A stretch of 64,000 bases of DNA from Camelus ferus (Eukaryota). Shown one piece after another: positions 41,465 through 54,379 of the stretch. Position 1 is the stretch's first letter; each line of letters starts with the position of its first letter. The translations under genes and the position numbers were made by a program. The stretch covers positions 14,014,001 to 14,078,000 of the forward strand of contig NC_045698.1 in NCBI RefSeq assembly GCF_009834535.1. Reading direction: 5' to 3'. Below the pieces are notes generated by a model. The model searched no databases. It was not told where the DNA came from and saw only the letters and a list, made by a program, of their open reading frames with translations.

Positions 41465-42600
41465 TTTTTAATGACTGGATAATTCAAAACTCAGTTAATG
41501 TGCATAGAGTAAAAATAATAATCTTCTCCAGGCACCATATGCTGAGAAAATTTTGCTGTCAGTCATCACACCATGGCACTAGCATTAGCTGTTACCAGTA
41601 TTAGAAACTGATACAGATTTAAGTTAGTGTAAATGTGACTAATTCCTTTATTATCACAAATCTACATTTTACCTTTTATCATTTCATAAACAACATGAAT
41701 ATATTATGTTAATGAAGAAGAACGTACTTCTCTCATACCAAATAAAGCTGCAGCTCTTTTCTTCTAGAAGTGATTTCCACCCATGTGCTTATGGACCCTT
41801 CAGATATTTCCTACATATGTAAATGCATATTCTACAACACATATTTATTTTTAAAAATAAATTGGATGTTATTCCACATGGATTTCTGAAAATGCTTTTC
41901 TAACTAAAAGAATCTGGATCTTTAAATGTCAGCATATACAGTCTGCATTCACCCATTTTAAGCTGCCAAGGGTATGAGTATGTGTTTGAAGAATCATTTA
42001 TTTGAACACTTCCTTATCAGTGTAGTTTGAGTGTGTTTTCTACTTTTCACTATTGTGAACAAAACTGCAAGCAAGGGCACCCTTTTACATATATCTTTGC
42101 ACATCCATGTCAGTATACCTATAGTTTTCTACAATAAATATATTATTATAAAAATTTTGATAGATATTGTCAAATTACCCTTCAAAAAACTGTGGGAATT
42201 AACCTTTCTGCTAACAGTTCTGCACATTAACAATTTTGAGAATTATCAAATTTGCATACTTGGTAGCCAAACACTGCTATTTCCTTCTCCTCTGTGGTTT
42301 CTTAAATTACTAGTAAAATTTGAGACTTTTTTAATATAATGAACATGTTTTTCCCATGAAGTCTCTTGTTAATTTCCCCATGTGTATTTGATTGTAGTGT
42401 AATTTTTCTTATTGCAAAAAGCTCCTTATGTAATGAAAATCAGTACTTCGCTCTGTGTTTAAGTTTACCTTTCCATCTTATTAGGGCTAGCATAATTATT
42501 TGACATGTATATTTTCAAATGTTTCTTCATTTAAATTCATGTCATTTCTTATTGATTATTAGATTCATATCATACATCAAAATTCCTTCACCACATTGTT
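41465..42600 (-). mobile_element. Ancient L1 (L1ME-like) 3' region
   Basis: ttttcactattgtgaacaaaactgc...ttttgatagatattgtcaaattacccttcaaaaa. Confidence 0.7.
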
Positions 42601-43294
42601 CTTTTTTTTAAGTGGATGAATTTTTATAGCATACTGAGAGTTTTGGCTTTTATAGTTTAAGCATGAATTTATTTACCATTTAGTTTGAACTAAAGTGTTG
42701 AGAAAAACACTAGTTGACATTGGTCAACATTATGATCACACCTTGTCCTTCATCTGAACTCCACTCCTCAGCTTAGTTACTTTCCACTCCAGAAAGTGAC
42801 CCTGGACGATTCTATCTGTCTTATTGCCAACACCATCTGGGTCACAATGTCCTTCAGCTACCTGGAACCTATTGCCTTTTTCTACACTATCTATGATGTA
42901 TGTATTTTGGGGTTGTTAGAGCGACTTTTCTTAAAAAGCATGTCCCTATTGGACCCCCTAGGGATTAGATTCTAGTATATAAAAATGGCTATTCCTCTGC
43001 TTCCATGCAATTTTGGGTGAATTTTCCTTTTTATGGTATTGAGCCATCTCAGATGTCTTACTATCTTAATATCTCTGGAACAAGAACGTTATAATACTAT
43101 CAAATCCATTCTAAAGAACCAAGAAGGGGAACCTCACCTCTGGCTCAGTAAACTATATGGATTCTGGATCGTCTATTTTCTCTGCTATGATTATTCCACA
43201 AAGAGCTTGATACAGATTTTATGTTTTTAACTCTATTTTAAAAAAATGAGAACTCAAAAGCTGAAGCTCTATCTAGCTTATACATCTTGTCCAG

Positions 43295-43467
43295 TTGCAT
43301 TTATTACTAACCATGTGATTGATCTTGGGCAAGTTACTTAACTCTGTATAACAGTTTTATCCTCTGTAAAACAAAAATAATAATAATACCAACATCATGA
43401 TGACACAGCATGGAATTGTTGCAAATGGTATGCAATGCCTGATACATAGTAAGTGCTCAACAAATAT
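43295..43467 (+). mobile_element. MIR SINE
   Basis: gatcttgggcaagttacttaactct...cagttttatcctctgtaaaa...atgcctgatacatagtaagtgctcaacaaat. Confidence 0.85.
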
Positions 43468-43929
43468 CCCCTGGAGTTGTTTCAGGACTGCTGTGGCATC
43501 CTGTGGTGTCAGACTTTGGCAAAATAAATCAGTTACTTTGTGGTCATCAGTGTTTGATTTTCGGCCAGACTCGAAGTGTACATTCAAAATGTCCAATCTC
43601 TTTTTATCCACTGATCCAAACTTCTACGGGTCCAATCATTTCTACAGTTGATAGGAAGTAAGATTTAGAGATCTGAAATCAAATGTTAGCTTCACCACTG
43701 GCAGTAAGAGAAACTGCTGCCAGAGCAAAGGCATCCAGCATCACAGTGACACAGTGGAAACAGAAAGGAGGGATGATTTTATGCGTCATTGCCAAATCCA
43801 GCCACTTCATGGAAAATGACATCCCTGTTTCTTATCCAATGCTAAAACCTTTCTCGTTACTCCTTTGGGTTCAGTGTTGGACTCAGTTCTTTGGTTATTG
43901 GGTTAATATTAAAACCTAGAATTTGTCCA

Positions 43930-44425
43930 AGTACCAATTCAGATTCAACGCAGCTTCCTGTGTCTGAAATCCAACTCCATAGCTTAAAAAGACAAGATTT
44001 ACTTTCTAAAGAAAGCTCTTGGGATCTGCAGGCCAGGGCTGGAGCATCGGTTCTGTGATGCATCATTCTTCCGGGCCCTTTCATCTTTCTGCTCCATCTC
44101 ACTCAGCAAGAGGCTTTCATCTTTCTGGTTCTAAGTGGCTGCTGCATTTCTATACCACGTCTGCATTTAGGCAGCAAGAAAGGAACGTGGCAGTGGGTGA
44201 AATATGTGTGCCAGGTGTGTCTTTCCACAGGAAACCTGTATCTTTCCTAGAACTTTCCGCCTTATTGGTTTCCACTTAACGTCCTACCATCTAGAATTAT
44301 ATCACATGACCATTCTTAGATGAAAAGGAAGAGTAAGGGGTAAATATTTAATTCTGCAGTGTCACTCTGAACAAAACTAAGTTCTCTTAGTAATAAGGAA
44401 GGATAGACGGAATATTGGACATTCA
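43930..44425 (-). mobile_element. MLT1 (K-like) LTR
   Basis: gcaggccagggctgg...tttcatctttctgctcc...aagtggctgctgca...gaacaaaactaagttctcttagtaataaggaagg. Confidence 0.65.
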
Positions 44426-44630
44426 GGCTTTTCCCTAAAGGGAAGATGCTCGATTCTATTGTTCGTGACAAATGCCATGCTTTTGTGTCTGTGTGTGTAG
44501 TCATCAGGGCAGTCAGAGCACGGACTCTCCTAGAAGAGCAGGTGCCTCATCCAGCAGGAGTATTAGAAGGTAACACTATCCTCTCATTGTTCCCACTGCC
44601 TCCAGGATCATTTCCTAAAATCCCTTACAA

Positions 44631-44857
44631 TAGAGGTTGGCAAACTTTTTCTGTAAAATGCAACATAGTAAATATTTTAGGCGTGTGAGCCATAAAGACT
44701 TAGTTGCCACCACTCAGCTCTGCCGCTGTAGTGCCCAAACTACCAAACGCAGTATTTAAATCAATGGCTATGGCTTTGTTCCGGTAAAATTTTGTTTACA
44801 ACAACAGACAGCAGGCTGGATTTGTCTCCACTGCCATGGTTTTTGTTGGTCCTTCTG
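44631..44857 (+). mobile_element. MER58A (hAT-Charlie MITE)
   Basis: ggcaaactttttctgtaaa...atagtaaatattttaggc...actcagctctgccgctgtag...ggctggatttg. Confidence 0.9.
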
Positions 44858-45205
44858 CTACAAGTTTTTTATTTTTAAACTTAATGGTAGTGCAAGTATC
44901 ACTCATTCTTAAGCAGACCACACTCCACAAACATTTGTATCACCTCCCATACATTCATATTACAGTGTGTATTAGGTACTATTATGGTGATTTTTATGCA
45001 TTTGATTTTCCAAAGTGAAGTCATACACATCCAATATAGTTTCCAATGTTCAGCCTAAAGCTTGCTGTGGTCCTTCAACAGAATTGTACCTAGAAGAACC
45101 ATGGTAGAAGAGACTGAAAACTTTTTGTTTGCCCACTTTTTCCTCTTTTCTCAAATATTAAAGTCTCTCTCTGAACCATACTCATCTCCATAAAATAACT
45201 TAATA

Positions 45206-45353
45206 CAGTTGACCCTTGAACATGTGCGGTTTAAGGGGCACCAAACTTTCACAGTCAAAAAGCTACACATAACTCACAGTCAACCCTTCATATAAGGAGG
45301 CTCCTGTAAGTGGACCCCTGTAATTCACACCCCTGCTGTTCAAGGGTCAACTG
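45206..45353. mobile_element. Tigger2-derived MITE, 148 bp
   Basis: Perfect 17-bp terminal inverted repeats cagttgacccttgaaca / tgttcaagggtcaactg, with TA at 45204-45205 and 45354-45355. Confidence 0.92.
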
Positions 45354-45599
45354 TACTAATTATTCTCCATTCCTATACTCCTCTCTAAGCCCTAGATAAA
45401 GACTGCAATGTTTTGGCTTGTTCCTAAGTTCTCCAGCCTTAGTTACAGTGATTCCTTTAGGATTCATGATTCCTAAATGTGCAGCACCCTTTAATATCCT
45501 CAAATACACCCTCTTAACTTTAACAGTGTTCACACACATGTATGTAATTCAGGATACATTTCTGAGAACCTTTTTCTTCTCCTTGTCATTTCCCTTGGC

Positions 45600-46500
45600 T
45601 TTTCAATCTCTGTTCTGATTCATTTCAATTATTTTCAATTTCAGATATTATTAAATATTTTTCTAGATAAGGTGGGAGGATGATATACTTTCTGGATACC
45701 TCTTGCATGCTGGCCAAAGAATCATGTTTGACTGAACGAAGGATTCAGGGTTTTAGTCATTTCTCTGTAGGCTGACAATGATACTCAATTTTTTACCACA
45801 TTCCAGTATTTCAGGTGATAAATATGATGTGAAAATATATTTTTTTTTAAGTTGGTAATGTTAAAAAATTCTGAAAGTTTATAAAAATTTTCCCTTTATC
45901 CTTAGCCTTTAGGAACTTTGCCAGGATTCACTTAAGTTGGATTGGATTCTTATTCTATTAACCCTTCCTGGAACTCAGAAAGTCTATCAATCTTGCAAAT
46001 TCTGTGTATTCTTCACCTTCAGGGAAAAACGTTACTGCTCTTCTCCTTCATCTGCTCACTTCTGCTCTCTGGGGACATACGTTATTCACACGATAGGTTG
46101 AACAAACATATCGTCTAAGTCACATACTGTTCTCACAATTTCCATATACTTGTATTTTGATTTTTAGTTTCTTCTTTTGTTCTGGTATGTTCTCAAGTTC
46201 CAGGACAATAACTTGGGTCTGATCAGTGACCATTTATGCCTCAATCCAATATCACTTTTTATTGTTCACTTCTTTGTAGAAAACATGACTTTGAGTTACG
46301 GAAGTCTCTTTACAGCGTCCTCAAGCACCAGTGCTCTGACTGCCGAACTGTCGACATGCTGTCTTTCTTGGTGATGACTGCTGTGCGTGTTTTCCTCTCT
46401 CTGGCGCTTTGCTCCCTATGGTTCTGTTGCTTCCTTTGTGCTCCCTGGGGGTACTATGTAGCCCCTGGAACTACTTTACCGGTGGCATTCCCACAAGTGA
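45600..46500 (-). mobile_element. Ancient HAL1 or L1 ORF1-region relic
   Basis: tgtttgactgaacgaaggattcagggtt...ttccctttatccttagcc...aactttgccaggat; boundaries approximate. Confidence 0.5.
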
Positions 46501-46929
46501 TGGAGTCATGCAGCTTTTTGCTTTTATAAGAGAAAAGGATTGGCAGATGGGCTGTCAGTCCCTTGACAAGGTGCCAGGAGGATGTCTGTTCTAGAGTTTT
46601 CATATAAGCTCTTACCTGCCAGAGATAATGGTGTCAAGCCCTTCAGTCCCCTCTCAGCTTTCCTAAGAGACCAGTGAGCCTGAGTGCCTTCTGGGCCTTT
46701 CCACCAGCTCTCTGAGGCTGGTCCCTGTGTCCTACGTTGGTCCCTGGAGAGCCATTTTGGCAACTGCGTACTCCCCTGAGAGTCTGGTTAGGAAGGAGAA
46801 CTTAGTCTGTCCTTTCTAACCTGCTTCCATAACAGCTTCAGGAGCTATCTGGCTATCTCAAGAAAACTAAAATGGACTGGATTTGAGAAGATGAGTGACT
46901 GCAATCTTCCATTAAAAGCTTTATATATA

Positions 46930-47062
46930 TGAGACAAAAGGTGCTAGCAAAACGTACTATGGTGATCATTTCACAATACCTGTAAGTTAAGCCATCACGC
47001 TTTGCACCTTAAACTTATACAGTGCTTACGTCAATTATATCTCATTAAAACTGGAAAATAAT
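46930..47062 (+). mobile_element. Short L1 3' end
   Basis: ggtgatcatttcacaata...caccttaaacttatacagtgc...tcaattatatctcattaaaactggaaaa. Confidence 0.8.
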
Positions 47063-47979
47063 TTTCCAAATTAAAAAAAAAACAAACTTAGGTATATATC
47101 CAATTACACAAGAGATTTGATTAATGACTAAGATAATCTTAATTTAAAATAAAACTCTTACATGTACAGTAAAATTAAATATATGAAAGCTCTACTCAAA
47201 ATAGTTGTTCTAAATCCAAGCTAAGAGTCTCACAGAGATAGTAAAATGTTATTATCATAGCTGAACTTGATTTTATTTATATTCAGGGAACTCATCATCT
47301 GAGATAAAAATGAAATAGCTAGACCACGGAGATCTGTGAGTGGTGGGAAAGCCCAGGACCATCAGAGGGATCTTGATTTATCAAATGCAAGGTAGGTTCT
47401 GCACCCAGGAGAACCTGCAGTCAATTTCTTCCTGGCAATTTTGGAAAGAATTTGGGAAAGTTACTTACATACTTTAAAGTGGTATTCAAAATACTCCACA
47501 GGATTGTTACCCATTTTAAGACAAATCAGGTAGGTATCTGCAAAGTTGACTGATTAATGTAGTTGTTACTTGTGCCATGAATCATATTATAAATTGGTCA
47601 TAACCAGCGAGCTTAAACCTGCTTAAAAGACGTAGCAAAAGATTTCCAACATTGTATTACCTGTGTCCATGCAAATTGTCACTGAATGTGTTAGTAAGGT
47701 TAAAGGGTTGTGCCAATTAAGCAAGAACTGCAAGTGTTTTCTCATTTATGATGATTTTCCTTGAGATCAAGGTGTTACTTCCACTCCTGAGTTCAGAAAC
47801 TCATTTTAATAAATATTAGATTTTTTAACACTTTAGACCATAGCAAAGTATGGAAATATATTGGAACTTCTTCGAATTTCTTACCCTCCTTCCAAAATTA
47901 AAACCCGGTCTTCAAAAGATGAATTTTGGATCATCAGAAATATGTTAATTACCAAAGTATAAGCAACAACTGTTCTTAC

Positions 47980-48274
47980 CCATGTCTGACATTTCAGGCA
48001 CGGTCACGATGTACGGTCCATCTGTGAACTTTGGAGCGTTGTCATTAATGTCTTGCACTTTGATGATGAACTCAGATTCAGGTTCAAGGGGCTTATTTGT
48101 TCGTCTGTCAATGGCCTGGGCATGAAGCACATAGTGGGTCTTCTGCTCTCTGTCTAGGCTTTTTGTTGAGTGGATGTCGCCTGTGGTGTCATCAATGATA
48201 AATATAGTCCCGGCACCTTCTCCAGTGAGGATGTATTTGACGGACCCGTCGCCTTTGTCAGAATTGGAGTGCAG
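47980..48274 (-). CDS. CDH18: Cadherin-18 coding exon (295 nt, phase 0 to 1): most of EC1 and the start of EC2
   Basis: Translates [98 protein letters not shown](G), with LDRE and DINDNAP calcium motifs; matches CDH18 as I recall it. Acceptor ttgtgtttgcag|CTG at 48275/48274, donor ATG G|gtaag at 47980/47979. 295 nt is the usual type II cadherin exon size here. Confidence 0.96.
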
Positions 48275-48566
48275 CTGCAAACACAAATGGAATGATTTAA
48301 CGTGAAATTCTTTTTCAGCCTCACTCAGTGTTCTCCGAAAATTGCCATCTATAATTTAAGACTTAGTTTGATTATAACTTTTCTTCCTTCCACAGTGTCC
48401 TGTGTGTTATTATAACCATGTGTTTGCAGTTTTTCTCTACTTGGCATTAACATGGATACATTTATTTTGATCTAAGAGATCCAATTATTGATTTAGGAAA
48501 AATTAATAAGCATTACTTATTAAAAAAAAAAATCTTGACTGACATTCTACTAAATCAACATTTCAC

Positions 48567-50966
48567 ATCACATTAACAAGAGAAAGGACAAAAAACACAT
48601 GATCATCTCAATAGATGCAGAAAAAGCATTTGATAAAATTCAACACCCATTTATGATAAAAACTCTCACCAAAGTGGGTATAGAGGGAACATATCTCAAT
48701 ATAATAAAAGCTATATATGACAAACCTACAGCAAGCATAGTACTCAATGGTGAAAAACTCAAAAGCTTCCCACTAAAATCTGGGACAAGACAAGGGTGCC
48801 CACTATCACCACTCCTATTCAACATAGTCTTCGAATTTCTAGCCACAGCAATCAGGCAAGAGAGAGAAATAACAAGGATCCAAATTGGAAAAGAAGAGGT
48901 AAAAGTGTCACTATATGCTGATGACATGTTATTATATACAGAAAACCCTAAAAGGTCCATACAAAAACTACTAGAGCTGATCAAAGAATTCAGCAAGGTA
49001 GCAGGTTACAAGATTAAAGTTCAAAAATCAGTTGCATTTCTTTACACTAATGATGAAGCAACAGAAAAAGAAAGTAAAGAAACAATCCCCTTTAAAATAG
49101 CACCCAAAGTAATAAAATACCTAGGAATAAATCTAACCAAGGAGGTGAAAGAATTATACACAGAAAACTATAAACCACTGATGAAGGAAATTAAAGAATT
49201 CTTTAAAAAATGGATAGATATCCCATGCTCTTCGATTGGAAGAATCAATATTGTTAAAATGGTCACACTGCCCAAGGCAATCTATAGATTTAATGCAATC
49301 CCTATCAAATTACCCAGGACATATTTCACAGAAATAGAACAAATCATAATAAAATTTATATGGAACCAACAAAAACCTAGAATTGCCAAAGCATTACTGA
49401 AGAGAAAGAAAGAGGCTGGAGGAATAACTCTCCCAGACTTCAGACAATACTATAGAGCTACAGTCATCAAGACAGCATGGTATTGGTACCAAAACAGACA
49501 TATAGACCAATGACAGAATAGAGAGTCCAGAAATGAACCCACAAACTTTTGGTCAACTAATCTTCGACAAAGGAGGCAAGAATATACAATGGAATAAAGA
49601 CAGTCTCTTCAGCAAATGGTGTTGGGAAAACTGGACAGCAGCATGTAAAGCAACGAAGCTAGAACACTCCCTTATACCATACACAAAAATCAACTCAAAA
49701 TGGATCAAAGAGTTAAACATAAGACAAGATACAATTAACCTCTTAGAGGAAAATATAGGCAAAACATTATCTGACATACAACTCAAAAATCTTTTCCTAG
49801 AACAGTCTACTCAAGCAATAGAAATAAAAGCAAGAATAAACAAATGGGACCTAATGAAACTTACAAGCTTCTGCACAGCAAAGGAAACCATAAGTAAAAC
49901 AAAAAGACAACCTACAGAATGGGAGAAAATTTTTGCAAATGAAACCGACAAAGGCTTGATTTCCAGAATATATAAGCAGCTCATACGACTTAATAAGAAA
50001 CAACCAAACAACCCAATCCAAAAATGGGCAAAAGATCTAAACAAGCAATTCTCCAAGGAAGACATACAAATGATCAATAGGCACATGAAAAAATGCTCAA
50101 TATCACTAATTATCAGAGAAATGCAAATCAAAACTACAATGAGGTATTACCTCACACCAGTCAGAATGGCCATCATTCAAAAATCCACAAATGACAAATG
50201 CTGGAGAGGCTGTGGAGAAAGGGGAACCCTCCTACCCTCCTACACTGCTGGTGGGAATGCAGTTTGGTGCAGCCACTGTGGAAAACAGTGTGGAGATTCC
50301 TCAAAAGACTAGGAATAGACTTACCATATGATCCAGGAATCCCGCTCCTGGGCATATACCCAGAAGGAACCCTACTTCAGGATTACATCTGCACCCCAAT
50401 GTTCATAGCAGTACTATTTACAATAGCCAAGACATGGAGACAGCCTAAATGTCCATCAACAGATGACTGGATAAAGAAGAGGTGGTATATTTATACAATG
50501 GAATACTACTCAGCCATAAAAACCGACAACATAACGCCATTTGCAGCAACATGGATGCTCCTGGAGAATGTCATTCTAAGTGAAGCAAGCCAGAAAGAGA
50601 AAGAAAAATACCATATGAGATCCCATACCATATGTGGAATCTAAAAAAAACAAAAAACAAACAAACAAAAAAACCATAAATACAACTACAGAAACAGACT
50701 CATAGACAGAATACAAACTTGTGGTTGCCAGGGGGGCAGAGGGTGGGAAGGGACAGATGGGATTTCAAAATTGTAGAATAGATAAACAAGATTATACTGC
50801 ATAGCACAGGGAAATATACACAAGATCATATGGTAGCTCACAGAGAAAAAAATGTGACAATGAATATATATATATATGTTCATGTATAACTGAAAAATTG
50901 TGCTTTATACTGGAACTTGACACAACATTGTAAAATGATTATAAATCAATAAAAAATGTTAAAAAA
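48567..50966 (+). mobile_element. Young 5'-truncated L1 (2.4 kb): reverse transcriptase and C-terminal ORF2, 3' UTR, A tail
   Basis: ORFs 48599-49513 (QGCPLSP, YADD), 49533-50312 and 50198-50644 are one ORF2 broken by a small deletion near 49512 and an 8-bp duplication (accctcct x2, 50226-50241). TSD atttcac at 48560-48566 and 50967-50973. Confidence 0.97.
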
Positions 50967-51574
50967 ATTTCACTACTTACATGAAATAGAATTGAAAAAA
51001 AAAAACAAACTACCAGTAAATCACTGTTGTCTTCCATACACTTAGAAAAATTTTTTTTCAATTAGTTGTTTGTTGTTCTCTTTCAATACTGGAATTTAAA
51101 AAATACATTGTAGGACAAATTGAGATTCAAATCACTTATTAAAATTCCTACAAAAGAGGCACTTATTTGTCATAGAAGCACTAATTTTATAATTTGGAAA
51201 AATAAATATTTTCCAGGTTAATTGTTTAGATTTAGAATTTTAAAAAACTTGGGGTAGAATTTTTTTTTCTTGAAAAATTATGAAACTTTAACTCAAAATT
51301 GAAATAGTAGTAATAGATTTAATCAATAAGGAGGACTTAATTTTAATTAATTAAGACACACTAAAAAAAACCTCACTTATTAAACTAAAATGATCGAGTG
51401 TTTTTAGTATAGACATGAGAAAAGTAATATTCAGTAAGAAAGATTAATAACATTAAGATAATTATAAATCTATTTTTTGTCATTTAAACATTAGTAAATG
51501 TGTTTACATTGCTTTAGTTCATACTTAATATCCTGGTATAATTTATAACATCAAAATTCAGCTAAATATTTCCA

Positions 51575-52189
51575 TGAAAAGATACCTGCACCCCAATGTT
51601 GGTAGCAGCACTATATACAATAGCCAAGACATGGAAGCAACCTAAATGCCCATCAACAGATGACTGCATAAAGAAGTTTTGGTATATTTATATAATGGAA
51701 TACTATTCAGCCATAAAAAAGAATAAAATAATGCCATTTGCAGCAACATGGATGGACCTAGACATCATCATTCTAAGTGAAGTAAGCCAGAAAGAGACAG
51801 AAAAATACCATATGATATTACTCATATATGGAATCTAAAAAAAGAAAAAAAGAGGATAGTGATGAACTCATCTACAAAACAGAAACAGACTTGCAGACAT
51901 AGTAAACAATCTTATGGTTACCAGGGGAAATGGGTGAGAAGAGATATATTTGGGAGTTTGAGATTTGCAAATGTTAGCCACTACATATAAAAATAAATTT
52001 TAAAAACCCCAAATTTCTTCTGTATAGCACAAGGAACTATATTCAATATTCTGTAATAACCTTTAATGAAAAAGAATATGAAACACAAATATATGTATAT
52101 ATATGCAAGATGGGGACATTGTGCGGTACATCAGAAATCGACACATTGTAACTGACTGTACCTCAATTATAAAAAATAGAAAAAAAAAG
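51575..52189 (+). mobile_element. L1 3' end, second lineage-specific subfamily
   Basis: ORF 51596-51838 is the ORF2 tail ([11 protein letters not shown]...MEYYSAIKK); 3' UTR like 5560-5890; A tail. Confidence 0.93.
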
Positions 52190-54019
52190 ACTACTGCTAT
52201 ACTTCTAGCCAAGAACAACCACAATATTTTCTTAAATCTTGAACACAAACTTGAAGAATTACTTCTTCCAAGAGATCTGAATCGTTGTCCTTCATATGAA
52301 ACATTTTTGGTCACATAACTTCAACTACTCACCTTTCGTGCATTTGTGACCCTTGAAAACATTGAAAAAAATATAGCCTTGTTCACATAACATTCTAGTT
52401 TCTTGCCATAGTAAAGTGAAAATTTTCAAGGTTTATTTCAAGGTCTCTGAACTCTTAGAAGACATTTTATAAAAGACGAAATATAGAAAATAACAATATA
52501 AAGAAAAAATATTCTTATGGGAAAATGAAGCCATCTGAAACATAAACAATAGTACATCAGGAAAAGTTTTAGTTATTTCTTAAAAATACGTAAGACATGA
52601 GCAGGGACAAAATTCTGATGGGACTCAGCTAGATTCAACAAATTAAATCGTTTCAAAACTACTTTTCTGGAGCTTTTATAAAAAGGAGTAAAAATACATT
52701 ATCAAAATATGAAAAACACAGCTTTCAATGGTTCACACTTCATTAGTAAATTACTAACAGAAGCAGCAGAATGAGTTGCATAGAGACAGTTGCATGCATG
52801 TATGAAAATGTTTCTTTATGTCTCTCGACATATCATTTTAGCACCTACAAGAAAAGATTTGTCATTTAAGAAGCAGATGCCTACAAAATAGAGAAGTCTG
52901 TTTCACATTCTCCAACTTTGCATCAATCCGTGACCAAAGCCCAACAAAGCAAAGCAACAAATTCATTGAATAAATGTTTCTAAAACCTTTCCTAGAACAC
53001 TCGTGTTATTAAATTAACAAAAGGTGAGATAGTTTTAATAGCTGTTGCTATACTATGTATGAATTATAATTCTATATATTATAAATATAATTAATTAAAA
53101 ACACTTGGTGAGAAGGGTTCAGCTTTCTAACATCTAATTTTAGAAAGACATTACAATAGTGACAGTTGGCTTTTATCTTCAGGATATATTTGCATAATCT
53201 TTCATATTTTTAGTGAGGTTAATTTGAAATTATTTTGTTTTGCATTAAACATTCACATATACAAACAGTTAACTGAAATTTTTTAAATAGGCATAGTATA
53301 TAGATCAGCAACAGAAGTTTGTAAAAGAAATAGTGAAGTTGTCAATCTAAAGCATCTGTTAAAAATTATATGCTCTATGCTTTATATAGTTGATAAATAA
53401 TTCAGATAAAAGAAAATGCCAGTAACTTTACAGCTTTAGATTTTAAAACTTGAATCTGGCTCCACATTTATAAAGTTTTTAGGATTAACATATCACTTAG
53501 CATACAAGTTTCAGAAGTAATATCTAATTAGAAAATAAATGTGCAATGCAATCAGTCAATTGTAATTAAGTGGTATTTATATTGTTGTACAGGGTAGTCA
53601 AGGTTACATCAAAATATTATAAAAAAGCATTTGGATTACAAAAATCACTGATAATATTTAGCTTGAGTTTTAATAACGTAGATGATCATTTTATTAATGG
53701 CATTTTTAATCTCTTGTCTGGCCTGGAGCAATCTTGAAATGGAAGTTTCCATGTAACACTAATGGAAACCTGTCACAGTAGCATTGAGTCAACTCATTAA
53801 TACTTTATATGATTATGATGAGACCCATTTGTGGAACAACAAAGTGATCCACTCTCAGGATTACCTCTGCTCTGTCATACGTATTCTCAAAAATCCAGCT
53901 CTGTGTACAACACACACGGCAACAGAGGTGGAGCTTGCGAGAAAACACTGGCTATACTCTTGTTTTGCTTAATAGGTGGGTTTTAAGATTCCAGAAGAAC
54001 ACACCTTTTGGAAGGCAAA

Positions 54020-54077
54020 GAATGATGAATGAATGAATGAGTGAGTGAGTGAGTGAACAAATGAGTAAATGAATGAA
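54020..54077 (+). repeat. (ATGA)n/(GTGA)n repeat, probably an L2 tail
   Basis: gaatgatgaatgaatgaatgagtgagtgagtgagtgaacaaatgagtaaatgaatgaa. Confidence 0.8.
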
Positions 54078-54379
54078 ATAAAGAGCAGGAATGGTTATAT
54101 TAAAGGTCGAACTCTTAAGACATGGAGGGAAAGCTGAGACAGATAATCGGATTATACAGATAATCAGAAGAGAAACCTGTTATCTTTGAGTGTGGGCAGC
54201 AATGAGACATTGAATGAAAGGGACTGGGAGCCGAACATGGAAAGTGGAACATTCTGGATATAGACACAGTACTGACTTAGTAACCAGTAAAATATCACAT
54301 TGTAAGTTTAGCTCGCTATTATATTATCTCTCAAGATTTTCATAGTTTTTTTTCTTGGGTCTGTGTGTGTTGGAAAGTG

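Larger units (their letters stand above)
18016..47979 (-). other. CDH18: CDH18 intron, 29,964 nt, GT-AG, phase 1
   Basis: Bounded by the two in-frame exons; the spliced protein is continuous, so no intervening coding exon is needed. Confidence 0.9.

Noticed and set aside
47945..48286. The 113-aa ORF as a standalone or secreted EC1 protein ending [12 protein letters not shown]
   Set aside because: The extensions at both ends are intron read-through past consensus splice sites; nothing in the sequence supports retention.
48599..50644. Reverse transcriptase ORFs as an active element or a novel RT system
   Set aside because: Ordinary L1 ORF2: 5'-truncated (no promoter, ORF1 or endonuclease) and frameshifted twice.
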